Shown: one piece after another, positions 52,343 through 63,714 of the stretch
Layout: every line of letters starts with the position of its first letter
Numbering within the stretch: the first letter of the stretch is position 1
Source: Naegleria gruberi
Taxonomy: Eukaryota
Assembly (NCBI GenBank): GCA_000004985.1
Contig: GG738890.1
Direction: 5' to 3' (one strand)
Length of the DNA stretch: 64,000 bases
Made by a program: the position numbers and the translations under genes
Notes under the pieces: generated by a model
Told to the model about the DNA's origin: nothing
Database searches by the model: none
Seen by the model: only the letters and a program-made list of their open reading frames with translations

Positions 52343-54661
52343 ATGTCCTCCCTCTCCACTTCCTCATCTTCTATTAATTTTATAAACAGTGATTTGTTTT
52401 TTGGAGTTTCAGACCTTTGTCAAGTTGAAAATAATTTAATTGACAAGTGGCAAGAGAAATTATCAAGTGCTTTACAAATAGATAATTTAAAAATACAAAT
52501 TAGATGGGAAAGTTTATTTAGTAATGTGTTTAGGAATGAAAATAAGTTAGTTCTCTTCAACGGATCAAAATTATCATTAAGAAATGAATTTTCCTTTTTA
52601 AAAAGTGAAATGCAGAGTCAGGAATTGCCTTCCGATAAGAGAAATTCGAATCATTTATTGGTAATTGTTCCACCATTTACAAGTAGCAAGCTACTTTCGA
52701 GTATTGAAAAATATTTTTCATTATTTATTCTTTCGTTAATGAAGGAATCGGATTCGAATAGAATTCCAGTGTTATTTGAAGAAATTAGAAAGTTTGTAAT
52801 TGAATTTCAAAGTGAAGAAACAAATAATCAAAGTAGATTTGATAGAAAGAATGGCGAGTTTATAGAAATTATTAATTTTGATAGAAAAAATCAAAGATGG
52901 TCAATAATTGACAATTTACCAAATTTAATTTTAAATGATGACATTTGTGTTGAAACAATTTTCAAAAAAGTAATTTTAGAAAATATTAATTTAAAATTGA
53001 GAAAGAATTTTTCAAAATATTTAACACATCCAATTAATAGTTCATTTAAATTTGAAAATAATCAAAAATTAATTGAAAATCTAGTTCCAAAATTGGATAT
53101 TGATTGGTCGAGTTTCCAAAATAGTCAAATTGATAAGATTTTATTTACAAAATTTGTTCAATTTAATAATTCACAATATTTTCTACAATTAATTTTACAA
53201 TCATTTGAATATTTATTTGAAAATATTCCAAATGAAGTATTTTTCAATGTAATTACTGATTCAATTCATTCCATAGAAATTGAATGCTCACACTCTTCTT
53301 ATATTAAAGATTGTGCAAGAGATAAATACTCTTGTGAAAAATCTCATAAGGAAGGTTTTACAATGAGATCTAAAATTCAATATTTACCACATTTACAAAA
53401 GTATACTCTTAAATTATTATATCCTTCTTTTAAATTTGATGATAATATATTATTGGAATATAGTGATGAACAAGTACTTCGAGAATATGAACAACATTTA
53501 TTGAATATTATTGAAATTGCTAATATTATTTCATACAGTTCATTTCAATGTATATTTAAATTTATTTATTCAAAGTTTTACTTGTTGGAAAAGTATCAGC
53601 TACAGTGGTTGCAATCTGTGAGTGAATTACCTGAAATTAAGGAATCTCCAAGAAAACTTCGATGTTTCTATAATCAATTCCAATTGGAGAAACCATTCAT
53701 TACTTATACTCATTTATCGGCTGCTCCAGCAAAAGCTAAATCACCAAAATCACCAATATCTCCAAACATGGAACCACCAGTAGATGAAGATTTAAAGGAT
53801 TCTGAAACAGTTTTTCATGATACGACCAACAAACTCTTCAACTCTGAAAGAAATGTTTTTGTTATTGATGGAATTCCTTTCAGATTCTTTCCACATCATG
53901 TTCATTCATCGAATTTGAATGCATTCTTTGATGCCAATTTGAAAAAGAAGGGATTTTTAGGTGAGAAGGTTATTAGAATTTGGAAAATTGTTAAATTCAA
54001 CAAGAATCATGTTGCTCAAGAACGTTTATTCATTTTAACAACAAAAGCCTATTGGACATTCAAGTATACAGATAACGAAAAGGCAGATTTGATTGAACTC
54101 AATGAAAAGAAGAGTTTCAAGAGACATGCCTTAATTGACTATGCAATGATTGATGTTACAAAGCTCTATCAACAAGTGTCTCTTACATCTTCATCAAGTG
54201 TTTATGGAAGTGGAATGAGAATTTTAACTCGAGAATCTAAAAGAAGAAATACTGTCATGCTTTCTAAAAACGGAAGTCAATTCGAAGAAAATATTCAAGA
54301 TTCCAAATCAAAAACAGTTGAAGAGGAATGTGATCCAGATCTTGAATTTGTAATGTTTGTAGAAGAAGGATGGACAACAATGTCAAGCTCAATCTATGAT
54401 CACAACATGACTGAAAATGCAAGAAAACAAAAAGAAAAGAGAAGCAAATCAAATGAACATTACGAAAGCTTATTAATGGTTGATTCAGGGAAATCAATCA
54501 TTACAACAGATTTACAAAAACAAATCCTTTTGGAAATGGCTTATTGTATCTATTCAACAGCTAAGAGTTGTGTTCCATTCAGTCAATCAATTAGTCCACC
54601 ATTTACGGATTGTATCGTGTTAAGACAAAAGAAAAATCTCTTGAATTCATTCAGATTTTAA
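52343..54661 (+). CDS. Hypothetical large protein (772 aa)
   Basis: Intact ATG-initiated ORF in an aaaaaaaattgtcATG context. No domain recognised. It converges on the downstream gene with only about 12 nt between stop codons. Confidence 0.5.
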   Translation: MSSLSTSSSSINFINSDLFFGVSDLCQVENNLIDKWQEKLSSALQIDNLKIQIRWESLFSNVFRNENKLVLFNGSKLSLRNEFSFLKSEMQSQELPSDKRNSNHLLVIVPPFTSSKLLSSIEKYFSLFILSLMKESDSNRIPVLFEEIRKFVIEFQSEETNNQSRFDRKNGEFIEIINFDRKNQRWSIIDNLPNLILNDDICVETIFKKVILENINLKLRKNFSKYLTHPINSSFKFENNQKLIENLVPKLDIDWSSFQNSQIDKILFTKFVQFNNSQYFLQLILQSFEYLFENIPNEVFFNVITDSIHSIEIECSHSSYIKDCARDKYSCEKSHKEGFTMRSKIQYLPHLQKYTLKLLYPSFKFDDNILLEYSDEQVLREYEQHLLNIIEIANIISYSSFQCIFKFIYSKFYLLEKYQLQWLQSVSELPEIKESPRKLRCFYNQFQLEKPFITYTHLSAAPAKAKSPKSPISPNMEPPVDEDLKDSETVFHDTTNKLFNSERNVFVIDGIPFRFFPHHVHSSNLNAFFDANLKKKGFLGEKVIRIWKIVKFNKNHVAQERLFILTTKAYWTFKYTDNEKADLIELNEKKSFKRHALIDYAMIDVTKLYQQVSLTSSSSVYGSGMRILTRESKRRNTVMLSKNGSQFEENIQDSKSKTVEEECDPDLEFVMFVEEGWTTMSSSIYDHNMTENARKQKEKRSKSNEHYESLLMVDSGKSIITTDLQKQILLEMAYCIYSTAKSCVPFSQSISPPFTDCIVLRQKKNLLNSFRF

Positions 54662-54673
54662 TGTACATAAAAA

Positions 54674-55975
54674 TCATTTCCTTGTTAGTGTTACAACTAA
54701 ACCACAATGATCAGATGGGAATATATCAACAGTTCCACTCTTCACCTCTTTAGTTTTAAATGGAGTATCTCCCAATATTTCAATATCTGTTGGTTGGAAT
54801 GTATCACTTTTGAGAATCGTTCTATCATATCTTGAGCCATCAGTATGAGTTTTACCAAGATTTGGATATTTCAATTGTTGCCAAATGTCAACATGTTCTG
54901 GGAAGAAGTTTACAAGATTTTCATTTTCCAAAGGTTTTGTAAACCTATTAAAATTGGCTTCACTGTCAAAGTTAAAATCACCACAAACAAATGAGGTAGA
55001 ATAGAGTTTGGAGAATGAAGAAATGAGATAGAGTTGTTGAGCTCTCAATGATTGATTATTCAAAGATTCCAAATGTACAGTTGTAAAACACACCAACTCT
55101 CCATTCACATTCAATTCTACACTCATTGCCCACCGAGACATGTTTGTTGGAAGTTTGTTCATAAACATTCTTGTCATTGGCATACTCTTCTTAATAAATA
55201 TTGAAACACCATATGGCATTACTGTTCTATTTCCAAATTCAACACTATCTGAAATGTAGAAATTCTCTCTTACATATGAAAGATTAGTCATAATTTCCAA
55301 AGTTCCTTTTGTCATTTCTTGTAAACAAACTATATCAGCGTTACAATCTTTACAAATATCAATAATTTTAATCATTCTATCTTCTCTATCTTGTAAATCA
55401 AACCAAACATTGAATGTAAGAACTTTAAAAGATGTCAAATCTGAATTAATATTTTTCAATTTTGATGTCTTTACAATCCATTTATCTCTAACAAATTCAT
55501 GAATTGGAATTTGATAGCAATCACTCTCAGGAACAGTATCAGGATCAAAAACAATCTTTGATTTTACCTCTGATGAAACTTGTCGATCAATCTTTTGAAT
55601 GATTTTAGTATTTTGTGATGGATTTTCCTCTCTGTCTGATGACTGGTTTGATGATGGCGTATTTCCTCCTCCACATAATTTTACTTTAATATCAAGTGTA
55701 GTTATTCCTTCTTTATTGATGGGAATTATTTCATCATCCAAATCCAATTTATCATCATCATAAAGTGAGAAGGAAGAATTGGTTGAAGAATTGTAAACTG
55801 ACAAGTTGTGTGGTTGTTGCATAGTAGTGCATGATGGTGGTATATTTAAATTTTCGTTAATTAATTTCTTGAGTCTACTTGTTGTGAGTGGTTCATGATC
55901 CCTAACATTGAAAGCTTTGATTTTTTGGTGTGGGAACTTGATATGAAATTGAGACATTTTTTTGAAAAGTATCAT
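54674..55975 (-). CDS. Endonuclease/exonuclease/phosphatase (EEP) family protein, TDP2-like
   Basis: 433 aa. EEP motifs are 'LTFNVWF', 'DIVCLQE', 'CGDFNF' and 'SDHCGLVV'. The N-terminal region is low complexity. Confidence 0.75.
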   Translation of the reverse strand: MILFKKMSQFHIKFPHQKIKAFNVRDHEPLTTSRLKKLINENLNIPPSCTTMQQPHNLSVYNSSTNSSFSLYDDDKLDLDDEIIPINKEGITTLDIKVKLCGGGNTPSSNQSSDREENPSQNTKIIQKIDRQVSSEVKSKIVFDPDTVPESDCYQIPIHEFVRDKWIVKTSKLKNINSDLTSFKVLTFNVWFDLQDREDRMIKIIDICKDCNADIVCLQEMTKGTLEIMTNLSYVRENFYISDSVEFGNRTVMPYGVSIFIKKSMPMTRMFMNKLPTNMSRWAMSVELNVNGELVCFTTVHLESLNNQSLRAQQLYLISSFSKLYSTSFVCGDFNFDSEANFNRFTKPLENENLVNFFPEHVDIWQQLKYPNLGKTHTDGSRYDRTILKSDTFQPTDIEILGDTPFKTKEVKSGTVDIFPSDHCGLVVTLTRK

Positions 55976-56051
55976 TATTCATCAAACAAGATTCATTGAA
56001 TCATACTTTTATAGAATTGAGTATTTAGATTGGAGTGGTTTATTGGATAAT

Positions 56052-58262
56052 CTAGTCGAATTGTTTTAAGAAATAAGAAGGATTTGGTTCTTCACCAAGC
56101 ATGTTTCGAACAATTTCTGTTGGATCCTTGCTAGCTCCACACAATGCTTCCTTTCTAAACTTTTCGCCTGCTTCTCTGTTGAGTGGATTTTCGAGTGGAT
56201 AATAGAATTTATACCACAAATGATCACTGAAAACTTTAGAGTAGAGGTAAGAGTAATAACCAGCGCCGTAATTACTAAAGTGAATGAATTGACCAGGGTA
56301 TGATGTCATTTCACAATGAGGTTGAGCAGAGTATTGCTTTCTCAAGTCGTAATAAACCTGTGGAATTGATTTCTTAGTTTTTGTAACTGGATCGATAATT
56401 GGCCATCCACTATGATAAGTAATATCCATTAATCCAAACATGATTTGTTCTTCAATATCCAATCCTGTAAACATTTGTTTTCTCTTCTTTAAAATTTCAA
56501 ATTGTGAGTAAGGCAGTGGTTCATCAGTTCTGTAATGTCTAGCAAATGTTTGCAGAACTCTGTAATCCCAAGCAAAATGTTCCATAAATTGTGAAGGTGT
56601 TTCAACAAAATCAATACTAGTTCTAGTACCAGAGAGATTTTGATATGGAGTTTGTCCGAAAATAATATGAAGACTGTGACCCAACTCGTGGAAGATGGTA
56701 ATTACTTCAGAGTGGCTTAATAGATAGACACGTTCTGCTGAGAAATTGTCTACGACTGTAGGATCAATATTACAAACAAGGGCAGTAACTGGTTTTTGAT
56801 CTATTGTGGTCTTTCCACATCGAATACTAAAGTTTGCAGCTTCAACATTCTTTGATTGTCTACTGAAAAGATCCAAGTAAATTGTACCCAAAAATCCTTC
56901 TGTTTCATGGATTACTGATAATTTTCTAATACTTGGATGATAGGTTTCGCTATCTGTCATCTTAACTGGCTCCAATCGAATACCAAAAAGGCTATAACAA
57001 ATAGAATAGATTCCTTCCATTACCTTATGAAGTGGGAAATAGTCAGAAACTGAAACTGAGAAAGGTTCGACCTTTTGAGTGGCAATTGATCTAAGCAAAT
57101 GATAATCCCATGGATAAATATCATCACTCTTCTTGATAGCTCTCATTACATCAATTTCTTGTTCAACTTTTGGCCTTATGCTTTGAGCCAAATCTGTTAA
57201 AAATTTGTGTACATTTTCTGGATTTCTGGCACATTGGTCATGTAAAAACCAGTGAGAATAAGAAGGATAACCCATATCCTTAGCATATGTATCTCTGACT
57301 TGCAATAATTCATCTAAAATTGACAAGTTTGTCTCAGAGGAAGAATATTTGGCATGATAAATCTTTTTCCTGGTATCTTCATCCTTCAAGCTCACTAATA
57401 TTTGATTGTAATATGAAGGTCTCACAAATTGCTTTCCTTCATATGAGAAAATATATTTAGAATTATAAAGTGGTTCTCCTTGTTTAACTTCAACAAGTAC
57501 AGCATCTTTAGTTTCCAAATTATTGAATTTTGATACGGATTCACTAAATAAATATGCCAAAGAATCCATGTATGATCTTAATTCAACTGTTTTTGCTTCT
57601 TCCTTTTGTTGATGTACACCTCCATGTTTTTCCATATCCTCTTGAAGTAATCTTAAACAACGTTGTTGTAAAGGATTTAAGTATTCTGCAAATGATTTGT
57701 CTTTAACAACACTTGCTATTTTTTGATGAAGGAGTGAATCAGTATTCAATTTGTGAAGATATTGAGAAAATTTAGAATGTACAGTATCAGCCTTTTGTCT
57801 GAATGGATTTCTTGGATCTACACATCTAATAAATTCCATAGCATCTAAAAAAAGGCATAATTGATTAGAAATTTCATCAGACATGTCCAAAATCTTTTCT
57901 GCAAAATCTTTTTTAGAACTGCATTCCTCCTCCGTTAAATTTATAATTGCATTTCTTAAATTATCACAATTTTGATGAGCTTTATCCATCAATTTATCAA
58001 AATCAGTTAATTTTTGAATATCCAAACCAATAAGACCTGTTGACTCATCGGAAATGTGTTTGTAAGGAAAATTATTTGGTTGATTTTTTTCTGTAAGAAG
58101 AAGTTCAAAATTAGGTATGGTTGGATCTTTCTTTTGACTTTTAAATGTTCTACAATTATTATTATTAATACTATTAATCAGAAGAATATTTTTGAGTGTT
58201 GTTGTATTTTGATTCTTTACTCCCGAAATAATTCTCGAAAGTGCTGATGATGATTTTAGCAT
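56052..58262 (-). CDS. M3-family zinc metallopeptidase, mitochondrial intermediate peptidase-like
   Basis: 736 aa. The HExxH motif is 'FHELGHSLH'. The downstream block is 'GAGYYSYLYS'. The N-terminus 'MLKSSSALSRIISGVKN' is presequence-like. Confidence 0.85.
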   Translation of the reverse strand: MLKSSSALSRIISGVKNQNTTTLKNILLINSINNNNCRTFKSQKKDPTIPNFELLLTEKNQPNNFPYKHISDESTGLIGLDIQKLTDFDKLMDKAHQNCDNLRNAIINLTEEECSSKKDFAEKILDMSDEISNQLCLFLDAMEFIRCVDPRNPFRQKADTVHSKFSQYLHKLNTDSLLHQKIASVVKDKSFAEYLNPLQQRCLRLLQEDMEKHGGVHQQKEEAKTVELRSYMDSLAYLFSESVSKFNNLETKDAVLVEVKQGEPLYNSKYIFSYEGKQFVRPSYYNQILVSLKDEDTRKKIYHAKYSSSETNLSILDELLQVRDTYAKDMGYPSYSHWFLHDQCARNPENVHKFLTDLAQSIRPKVEQEIDVMRAIKKSDDIYPWDYHLLRSIATQKVEPFSVSVSDYFPLHKVMEGIYSICYSLFGIRLEPVKMTDSETYHPSIRKLSVIHETEGFLGTIYLDLFSRQSKNVEAANFSIRCGKTTIDQKPVTALVCNIDPTVVDNFSAERVYLLSHSEVITIFHELGHSLHIIFGQTPYQNLSGTRTSIDFVETPSQFMEHFAWDYRVLQTFARHYRTDEPLPYSQFEILKKRKQMFTGLDIEEQIMFGLMDITYHSGWPIIDPVTKTKKSIPQVYYDLRKQYSAQPHCEMTSYPGQFIHFSNYGAGYYSYLYSKVFSDHLWYKFYYPLENPLNREAGEKFRKEALCGASKDPTEIVRNMLGEEPNPSYFLKQFD

Positions 58263-58676
58263 TTTTTCTTCTTCAATTTTGATTGAATTTGAATAAAGTT
58301 ATTATTAATAATAATTTACATCATCACTATTATCCTATACTCTGGTGAATTCATAAAGAGGAGTTCTGTTAATGTGACTTCACAAATGTCTCCAAGGTTC
58401 TGTTAGTGGTTTGATCAGAATTGGTCAACCAGTTTGATTGCAAGAAACAAACTCTTGATATCTTTAGGACCTAATGTATGATTTGAAGGGAATGGGTTGA
58501 TCACAATTCTTCATCTTTCTTCTTTCCTATTTGACACATAATGTCCTTGCTTTCTTGTGAGCTTTCCATAAGGAATTGAAAGGAATTTGAGAGCATTGAA
58601 TCTGGCTTTTCAATCAGATTAACCCTAAGAAATAAGATAACTCAATGAATAAAAGAATATATAAAATTTAATTACA

Positions 58677-60332
58677 TTATTGATTTACAGGTGTCACCCT
58701 ATTTCCAACTTTTTTTCTTACGGCTTGATTTCTATTTTGATTTCTCTTAGGTTGTTGAGCAGCTTTACCACCACCAAAGCATGACAATAATCCTCCTAAA
58801 CAGCCAACTTGAACTTCTTGTTGGGTGTGGTTGATATTACCTGTACTGTTATTTGGATTACTGTTCTGGGCCGTTTGCTCATTTTGCCCAGTACTTTGCT
58901 GGTGTTGCAGCTGTTTTTTTGCCACTTTATCTACAGCTTTTCTTTCATTGTTTTGTTTTACCTGTTGTTGAAGTTGTTTCTTTTCTTTCATCAGCAGCTC
59001 AGTAATTTCATGGAGTTTGGCAAGTTCAGTCTCTTTCACTGAGAGAATTTCTTTCATATCCTTAATCATTAAAGCCTTTTGGTTGAGTGACTCGGTTAAT
59101 AGACGTATTTCTTCTTCTTTATCTTTTCCATGAGACATGAATTGTTCATCTCCTAAATGGAAAGATGCACTTATACCAGCCTGTATATAATATCCTTTTG
59201 GTTTCTTTCCAAGTGGGAATGGTTCGCAATCTTTATCTAGCATTACAACACCATCCCATTGAGGTGGCAGTTCACTCTGTTGGTACATTCTGCATACTTT
59301 TACATATAGTAATGATAATTTATCATTATCATTCATTCTGTGAAGTTTGGAGAAAGTATTCATTGCAGCTATGAATTTTCTCTGTTGAAACATATCTAGA
59401 GAGGTCTTGAAATCTTTCCTTCTGTCAGGAGAGTACAAAAATACATCCCAATTAGAGTCATAAACTTGGAAGAGATCATAAGGGGAATTAGAGAGGAAGA
59501 ATTTACCGAAAGGACTAATGTTCATGGCTTGATTAGATGTTTTAGATGTTAGTGCATCACTCTTCTGTACAACTTGTGAGGATACAACAATTGGTATATC
59601 ATACATTCTACCTAGGTTTGCCATTCTTCTCATAATTTCTTTAGAAGCGGTCATAATTAGAAAATCTGAATGTTTGTCATTAAAGTGTACTGGTCCTACT
59701 TTGCAAGGACATGTATGAATTACTATATTGATATTTTCTAATAACAAGTAATTTCTCTCTGCACCATTAGATGAATAACTTGAAGACTTGGAGCATTCAA
59801 GTGCGTTTTTCCTAACGGTATCTATACAATCAAAAGCACACTCTATAGCATTTAAGGAATGTCTTGCTTCAAATACAACAATGAAATAATCATCAAAGAA
59901 CTTGTGAAAGATACCATGTTGTTTTTGAATGATCGGGCTACAAAGGGTTAAAAAGTTATTGATGAAAACATTTTCATCATTGCTATTCAATCCATTAAGA
60001 CCTGAAAATTGAAATAAGGCCACTGTCATATCCTTTGGTTTCCCATCAGAAAATGTGCTCCTTGCCATACCAAAAAAGTCTTGAGGAATTAATGCAGAAG
60101 TAGATAAGGCATATATACTGTGTTTGCTTTGTATCAGGTTTGCTGTAGATCCACCCGTATGTGTCGAAACCAGTCTTTCCATCAATGATCCTCCTCCATC
60201 CTTTTTCCTCGAATCCAAATTTGCTGTAGATTTTGAAGAATACATAGTGCTCAAAGAATTCTTAGATGATTTATCATCCTGACTACTTCTTGTTGATGAC
60301 AACGAATCAACGTCGTCCTTAGGTTCGTTCAT
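58677..60332 (-). CDS. Protein with two degenerate class-III nucleotidyl-cyclase homology domains and C-terminal coiled coil
   Basis: 551 aa. The first CHD-like block is 'MTVALFQFSGLNGL...FLTLCSPIIQKQHGIFHKFFDDYFIVVF'. The second is 'NIVIHTCPCKVGPV...FLIMTASKEIMRRMANLGRMYDIPIVVSSQVV'. Canonical metal-binding Asp residues are not evident. The C-terminal end carries the Cys-rich 'CLGGLLSCFGGG'. Confidence 0.5.
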   Translation of the reverse strand: MNEPKDDVDSLSSTRSSQDDKSSKNSLSTMYSSKSTANLDSRKKDGGGSLMERLVSTHTGGSTANLIQSKHSIYALSTSALIPQDFFGMARSTFSDGKPKDMTVALFQFSGLNGLNSNDENVFINNFLTLCSPIIQKQHGIFHKFFDDYFIVVFEARHSLNAIECAFDCIDTVRKNALECSKSSSYSSNGAERNYLLLENINIVIHTCPCKVGPVHFNDKHSDFLIMTASKEIMRRMANLGRMYDIPIVVSSQVVQKSDALTSKTSNQAMNISPFGKFFLSNSPYDLFQVYDSNWDVFLYSPDRRKDFKTSLDMFQQRKFIAAMNTFSKLHRMNDNDKLSLLYVKVCRMYQQSELPPQWDGVVMLDKDCEPFPLGKKPKGYYIQAGISASFHLGDEQFMSHGKDKEEEIRLLTESLNQKALMIKDMKEILSVKETELAKLHEITELLMKEKKQLQQQVKQNNERKAVDKVAKKQLQHQQSTGQNEQTAQNSNPNNSTGNINHTQQEVQVGCLGGLLSCFGGGKAAQQPKRNQNRNQAVRKKVGNRVTPVNQ

Positions 60333-60936
60333 AGTATTAGAGCTCTAAAGAGTAGAGGAAGAGATAATTAAGGAATGGATTTGTAATTTTTTTTCTAGTT
60401 AGGGTCCGCACCGTTATGTATTTAAATTGGATCTTTGAAAAAGTTAGGCCTACGTTTATGCCGACTTTTTTTTGTTGGTTGTTTTCATAAAATTGGGATG
60501 TAATTGGTCTTCAACAGCAACAAACTGTAGATTTTGAAAAATATGGTAAGAATATTTTAATCAATCCAACCCATCAAATTACATTAGCCTCTCAACTCAT
60601 ATATTGACATGCAGAGATTAGTGTTTGGAGACAAGAATTATCATTTCAAATTAACATCTCTCACCTCTCTCTCATTCAATCACTAAGAGTTCTTCAGAAG
60701 TCTATCAACATCAATTGGTAACGATTAAGGATTCTTAAATTGGTTGTAGAGAGATTTAAAAGTGGTGCGATGGTTGAGCTCAAGCCTGTTGAGCAGTTAA
60801 AAACGTACGATAACCGAATATTCGGGCGCCTTTTCGAACTCTAAGGCTCGAAAATTGTTCTGCAGTAGTTTAGGTTCCAAAAAGTTCATTCAAATTCAGT
60901 AGTTTGTTGGCCAAATTATATACAACACTTACTATT

Positions 60937-63714
60937 TTATTGATAGGCAGGGTTTTGGTTCATTACCTTAACAAATTTACGTCCTTGATCACTATTATTG
61001 TTATTGGTTGTTTCATCATCACCACCAAAATCAAGGGTTCTCTTTACACCCCTCTTTGAAATATCACTATTATTGATCACTGACGATGTCGATTCACGAT
61101 TAGGTGTTGTCGATATTTGATCAAAGTGTTTCTTTGTACTATTTGTTCCAAATTCATAAAGTGCTTTTGTTCTTGGTGTCAAAAGAAGGGTTGTATGATA
61201 ATTATCTTGATGTCTCATTGGTGATAGTAAACTGTTCTTGGAATAGTTAGACTTTCGTGGAGAGAGAACAAAGTTAGGTGCAATTTTGGTTTTTGTGAAA
61301 ATTTCAACATATGGCATTTCTGGTCTATCAAGTGCTGCACCTGAAGTCTTATCGAGAATGAATCCTTTAACAGATGGAATATATACCAAGTTATAGAATT
61401 TGACAATATCTCCCAAATCACCTTCTTTGTCTAATGGTACTTGCCAAAGAATTTTACCAATTTCGACTGGCGATATCATTCTTATATTTTCGCATATAAT
61501 TCTATAGTTATAAATAATATCTTTAAATGAAATACGCATTCTATTCACCTTATTACAAATAGCATACATGCTACACATGATTATATGATCAACATGTCTG
61601 CTAACCATCAGACCTCTAGCTTCATTCAATACATAATACACTGTGTGCCACACTTCTTCCATAAGATCCATTGATATTATCATTGGTTCCTCAGAGTTAC
61701 TTTGTTGTGTTTGGTTAAAGTGATAACATAATTCTTGAATTCTTCTGGAGACTAGTTTGTACATTTTTCTGAAAAAGAATAGAACAGAATATGAACCCTT
61801 TGGAGCTGATTGTGGTTGTTGTTTTCTTGAGGCCATTGGGCTATACATTCCAAAGGATTCAATATTTGAATTTCTGTTTGGAGTTTCATTTCCAGGTTTT
61901 GGTGGTTGTGGAACAACACTTGTACTAAGTTTGGAATACAGCACAGAGTTCTTCTTCCAGGCTAATGAGTCCAATAACACTTCTTCTATTGATTTAAATT
62001 GACGTTTCAGGGCACTGTTTAGCCATGTGGCATTTTGGACAAAACTTTCGAGAACTATCGATAATTCAAATGGTTCTAATACAAACTCATTGAGTAATAC
62101 TTGGAGGTCAATGGTATCTTTTGAATTGTAGGCGAATGAAACGCATTCAATAGAACAAATTGTTAAAGATCTGTGGAAGTTTTCGTTTGTGAGGAGAGTT
62201 GAAAAATTAGCAGTGCCACTTAGTCTTTTTTCTTCGCCTTGGAGCATATGTTTCAAGGTACCATAGTAAATTTTCATTATTTCCTGTTTTCTCTTTTCCT
62301 TATTAAATAATAATAGTGATTCAAAGTTAACTTTGTCAACCAAGCTCTTAAGTCTGTTTTCTATTGTGGATGTTTGATCTATATTACAGGATTTAAAGTA
62401 GCCTAGTAAAGTTTCATCTGGTGAGCTAGAAAGACCTTTTGTAGACTCTTCAATAAGCTGTATAACAAGAAGACTTGCTTGTAATGGAGTTTGGGATGTT
62501 GCAGTAAAGTGTCCTGGAGATCTTAAAGGGGATCGGAATGGATCGTTATGTTGTGTTGGTTTAGGTGGATTGAGTTGATAAACTGGTGCAGAACTGATTT
62601 TTGAAATGTCACCAATAAGATTGATATCATTTCTGTAGAGGAAAATTCTTTCATCAAAACCTAACGATCCCAAGGTTAAATCTTCATCCTTATCAAACAA
62701 CATATTCAATTTAGAGAGTGAATCAATATTGTTAACAAAATCTGAAAGGTTTTCAATTGTTAACTTTGAAAGGGTTGTTCTAATATATTCATCATATCTT
62801 GAATCTAATTTATCCTTTGAGATATTGCAAATAGAAAATAATTCTTCAATTGTTTCGGATAGTCTAGAGTTTTGTGATGCTTTCCACATTGAGATCATAA
62901 AATTAATCAACAAGTTTACACTTTCTGTAAAATCCAATAATGAAGAAGGTAAATGTCTAGCAAGAAGAACCAATATTATCCAACCAGCCTTAAAGTTATC
63001 CATTTGCAAGTTTGGAGTAATTACTTCTTGGAAACATTCTTGGTATTTCTCAAAAAGACAATGGCAAAGAACTAACTTCTTTTGAACCTTTTGGAGAACA
63101 CTATAGCAAGTGGTTGATTCGAATTGTAATGATACCATGTTATTATTCAATAATTCAAACAATTCTACCAAACTTGATGAATGTTGTTAGAAATATCAAT
63201 TTGATAATACTCACTTCATAGAAAAAGATCTGATATTGACTAAACTTCCAACAGATACAGAACTGTCAATCTTTAAAGAAAATTTGTTAAGATCAATCAT
63301 TTGCTCATCAGTAAATTTATCATCCTTTGAATTTTCTAATCTTGATGCTATAAACAAGGAACAAAATGCTAAATATGCTTGTCTATTCGGCTGTAATATC
63401 GGTTAGTAAAATACTAACACTTTTCTACTTACACCAAACTCTAAAACCTGAGAAAGAGAAGAACATTTTTGGTATATTAATTTGGCTCTGTTGATTAATA
63501 AATCGTTATATGATACTTTTAACTCTTGGCAAAGTTGTACGAGTATAATGCTAATATCTCCTGTTGCGTCCAACTTTGCATATTGCGGAGTATTGTCTTG
63601 GTTTCTGTATGATTCTTGTTGTTGAAAAATTGGCTTGTGTTCATCGTAGTGATCATTCGTGTGGTCTGATGATACTCCACCTTGTGGCAAAAAGTCTCGA
63701 TGATGATTAGACAT
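60937..63714 (-). CDS. Retinoblastoma-like pocket protein (Rb/RBL family), 3 exons
   Basis: Exon 1 is 63433..63714 ('MSNHHRDFLPQ...LSQVLEFG'). A 42-nt intron with a TACTAAC branch follows. Exon 2 is 63215..63390. A second 42-nt intron follows. Exon 3 is 60937..63172. The pocket B block 'RHVDHIIMCSMYAICNKVNRMRISFKDIIYNYR' compares with human RB '[32 protein letters not shown]'. Helical A-domain blocks lie upstream. Confidence 0.8.
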
